From positions 1 to 48,000 of the forward strand of contig JASJDS010000083.1 in NCBI GenBank assembly GCA_030065055.1: 48,000 bases of DNA, written 5' to 3'. Source of the DNA: Calothrix sp. MO_192.B10 (lineage in GTDB: Bacteria; Cyanobacteriota; Cyanobacteriia; Cyanobacteriales; Nostocaceae). Both the position numbers and the translations under genes were made by a program. Below the pieces are notes generated by a model, which worked only from the letters and a program-made list of their open reading frames with translations, searched no databases and was not told where the DNA came from. Below are positions 45,800-48,000 of the stretch, one piece after another; within the stretch, counting starts at the first letter, position 1; each line of letters starts with the position of its first letter.

Positions 45800-46750
45800 T
45801 CATGCCAATTTTGTCTCTTCTTCAAACTGCTTGACTGCATCCAATAAATAATCCATATAAGTACTAGCAACTATAGATAATTGTTTACCAGATGGATAGA
45901 CAAAATACCAATTCCGACGAATAGGAAAATGCTCCACATCTAAAATTGTAATTTCCTTTCTCTCGGCTGATGAAATTAAAGTGTGGCGAGATAAAACAGA
46001 AATACCTAATCCGCCGATAATTGCTTGCTTAATAGCTTCATTACTGCCCAATTCTAACTTGACGTTTACTTCCACATCATGATCATCGAACAGTTTTTGC
46101 ACTGCTCGGCGTGTTCCCGAACCAGGCTCCCGCATAATAAATTGTTCCCCATTTAAAGCCTGAATGGGAATGGGAATACTTTTTTGCTGGGCCAAAGGAT
46201 GATCGACTGGTGCTAAAACTACCAACGGATTTTCTAAGAATTGCCGGTGGGTGACATCCATATTTTCTGGTACTTGGGTCATGATATACAAATCATCAAG
46301 ATTGCTAGTCATACGCTCTAGCATTCCTTCATGATTTGTCACTTGTAGGGATATATCAATACCAGGGTAAAGTTGACAAAAAGGACCTAATAAACGGGGA
46401 ATAAAAAACTTTGCGGTTGTAATTACCGCTAAACGTAATTGTCCCTGCTTTAGCCCTTTTAAATCGGCTACTTTCATTTCAAATTGGGCTATGGTATCAA
46501 AAATTTGCCGACAAGTGGCAAATAATTCCCTGCCAGCCTCCGTTAAATACAGACGCTTTCCTACTTGTTCAAATAATGGCAATCCCACCGACTTCGTCAG
46601 CTGCTTGATTTGCATGGAAATTGTGGGCTGAGTCAGAAATAGCTCTTCCGCAGCACGGGTAAAGCTACCGTGTCGCGCCGCAGCTTCAAATACTTTTAAC
46701 TGGTGTAACGTTGCTTGATTCAAAAGATATGCTCCTTTGTCACGGGACAA
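45800..46750 (-). CDS. LysR-type transcriptional regulator of the CbbR/RbcR/CmpR group
   Basis: HTH region LHQLKVFEAAARHGSFTRAAEELFLTQPTISMQIKQLTK is nearly invariant in cyanobacterial CbbR-like regulators. Its position next to ccmO resembles what I recall for cmpR in Anabaena, which I have not verified. Confidence 0.88.
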   Translation of the reverse strand: MSRDKGAYLLNQATLHQLKVFEAAARHGSFTRAAEELFLTQPTISMQIKQLTKSVGLPLFEQVGKRLYLTEAGRELFATCRQIFDTIAQFEMKVADLKGLKQGQLRLAVITTAKFFIPRLLGPFCQLYPGIDISLQVTNHEGMLERMTSNLDDLYIMTQVPENMDVTHRQFLENPLVVLAPVDHPLAQQKSIPIPIQALNGEQFIMREPGSGTRRAVQKLFDDHDVEVNVKLELGSNEAIKQAIIGGLGISVLSRHTLISSAERKEITILDVEHFPIRRNWYFVYPSGKQLSIVASTYMDYLLDAVKQFEEETKLA

Positions 46751-47270
46751 GGTGAAGGGGAAAAGGGAAAATCTTGAGGGAAGAACAAGGTGTTGGGTGG
46801 TAAGGTAATGGAGAAATTATTCTAGACAAATGCCATTGGAAGCAATAAGTAGAATTGATGATTGCTTTAATTTTGCCCACGTACTTACCCTAAGCCCTGT
46901 CTCCTTTTTATCCTTGTTGTGACCCTGCGAGGGTAAATCCTTTACCCTGGAATCTTTTCCCTTCCCTTTCTTGCAAAAGTATATTCCTGCAAGAGGTCTA
47001 ATAAATAATGTAATACCTCTGAGGGATGGCAAACCATAGAATGCCATCACAATACACAACCCATAATTATAGAAAAAAATCTATTCTATTGATTTGAATA
47101 ATTGTATTTAACTTATGCAAGAAAGCAGTTATGATCGAATCAACAAGCAAAGTGTAAGATGCCTTCTTATCAACGTTGCACACCTTAACCCCCTGATAAT
47201 CAGTATATGGTAGTAATGATAGCTATCCTAACCTGATTCACAAAGGTGTGTACAACGTTTTTTTCTACTG

Positions 47271-48000
47271 TTAGTTTTCGTATGTTTCTTCTGTAACTTT
47301 GACAGGTAGTGTGTTTAAATCTGGCAACGCCAAAACCTCTTTTTCGGCGACTTGGTCTTTGATATTCACTGGTAAATTTACTGGCTGAAGTTGTTCCACC
47401 CAACAACTTGCTACTGGTAAAGTCTGTTCTAATTCATCTAGTGGTCGAGGAATCACCATGACAGCATTTAACTCCCCAATGCTCTCTGCTTCGTACATTC
47501 CCGCCTCAACCGCTACTGCAACATTAGCTACAGAACCACGAATAATGGCCGTACACAAACCAGCACCAATTTTTTCATACGCTGCTAACTGGACATCAGC
47601 CGCTTTTAACATCGCATCTGCGGCTCCCACCATTGCCGGAAATCCCCTGGTTTCCACTAAACCTATGGCTTGGTTACTCAGGCGACTATAACTCCCACCT
47701 TCCGCAATTTCATGTAGACGACTGGTAATTGGTAATACTACACTCAGATTGGGATCGGGTCGGGGAATTACCAAACTGGAAACAAACTGATCGAATTGTT
47801 TGGCGGTTCGTTCCCCGGATTCCACTGCTAAACGGACATCGGCAATCCCACCCCGAACGATCGCGGTACAATGACCATTACCAATCTTTTCATAGCCAAT
47901 TAAGTGAACCCCAGCAGATTTGAGCATCATATCTGCCGTACCCACAATGGCTGGAAAACTATGGGTAGATACCAATCCTAAGGAACTGTCTTGGAAATAA
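47271..48000 (-). CDS. ccmO: Carboxysome shell protein CcmO (tandem BMC domains), 5' end outside the window
   Basis: Two BMC domains: SFPAIVGTADMMLKSAGVHLIGYEKIG... and GFPAMVGAADAMLKAADVQLAAYEKIG.... The frame stays open upstream of the listed TTG through 47999 (...YFQDSSLGLVSTHSF), so the gene is truncated by the window edge. Confidence 0.85.
   Translation of the reverse strand, partial: YFQDSSLGLVSTHSFPAIVGTADMMLKSAGVHLIGYEKIGNGHCTAIVRGGIADVRLAVESGERTAKQFDQFVSSLVIPRPDPNLSVVLPITSRLHEIAEGGSYSRLSNQAIGLVETRGFPAMVGAADAMLKAADVQLAAYEKIGAGLCTAIIRGSVANVAVAVEAGMYEAESIGELNAVMVIPRPLDELEQTLPVASCWVEQLQPVNLPVNIKDQVAEKEVLALPDLNTLPVKVTEETYEN

Noticed and set aside
46817-47059. 80-aa minus-strand ORF between ccmO and the LysR gene (also 47200-47406)
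   Set aside because: It has no RBS and contains dispersed-repeat sequence (ATCCTTGTTGTGACCC family). The 47200-47406 ORF overlaps the ccmO 3' end out of frame.

Overview
This window looks like a chromosomal segment from a filamentous, Nostocales-type cyanobacterium. Supporting signs are frequent HIP1 (GCGATCGC) sites, heptamer/octamer STRR tracts, several MITE-like repeat families, a psbA 3' end at the left edge, and a LysR regulator plus ccmO (carboxysome shell) at the right edge.

Contents from left to right:
- psbA tail, PPK2, a second adenylate kinase and a Uma2 endonuclease.
- A minus-strand four-gene operon: an ornithine-cyclodeaminase-family gene followed by an HcnABC/opine-oxidase-like 2Fe-2S/FAD oxidoreductase trio.
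- A CBS-CP12 / plant-type ferredoxin / thioredoxin redox cluster.
- A catalytic-domain-less recombinase remnant, a 4xCBS protein and a GHL10-type glycoside hydrolase.
- A tightly packed, all-plus-strand Wzx/Wzy-type exopolysaccharide cluster of about 20 kb (16.2-36.0 kb). It carries a BY-kinase, a priming transferase, six further glycosyltransferases, two tandem O-antigen-polymerase-like paralogs, and methyl-, acetyl- and sulfotransferases.
- An SSS symporter.
- A repeat-flanked region with an overlapping P-loop NTPase + 802-aa TPR-array gene pair, and a 529-aa acidic coiled-coil protein.

The NTPase/TPR pair is my best candidate for an undescribed two-component (split STAND-like) system. Its function is not established by the sequence alone.

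Other notable non-coding structure:
- A 130-bp x 3.3 tandem array of triple hairpins inside the EPS cluster.
- A 64-bp x 6 hairpin array inside a TIR-bounded element upstream of the NTPase.
- A MITE family whose cores carry different heptamer tracts.

I found no rRNA, tRNA or CRISPR array by eye. All family assignments come from motif recognition in the translations, not from database searches.
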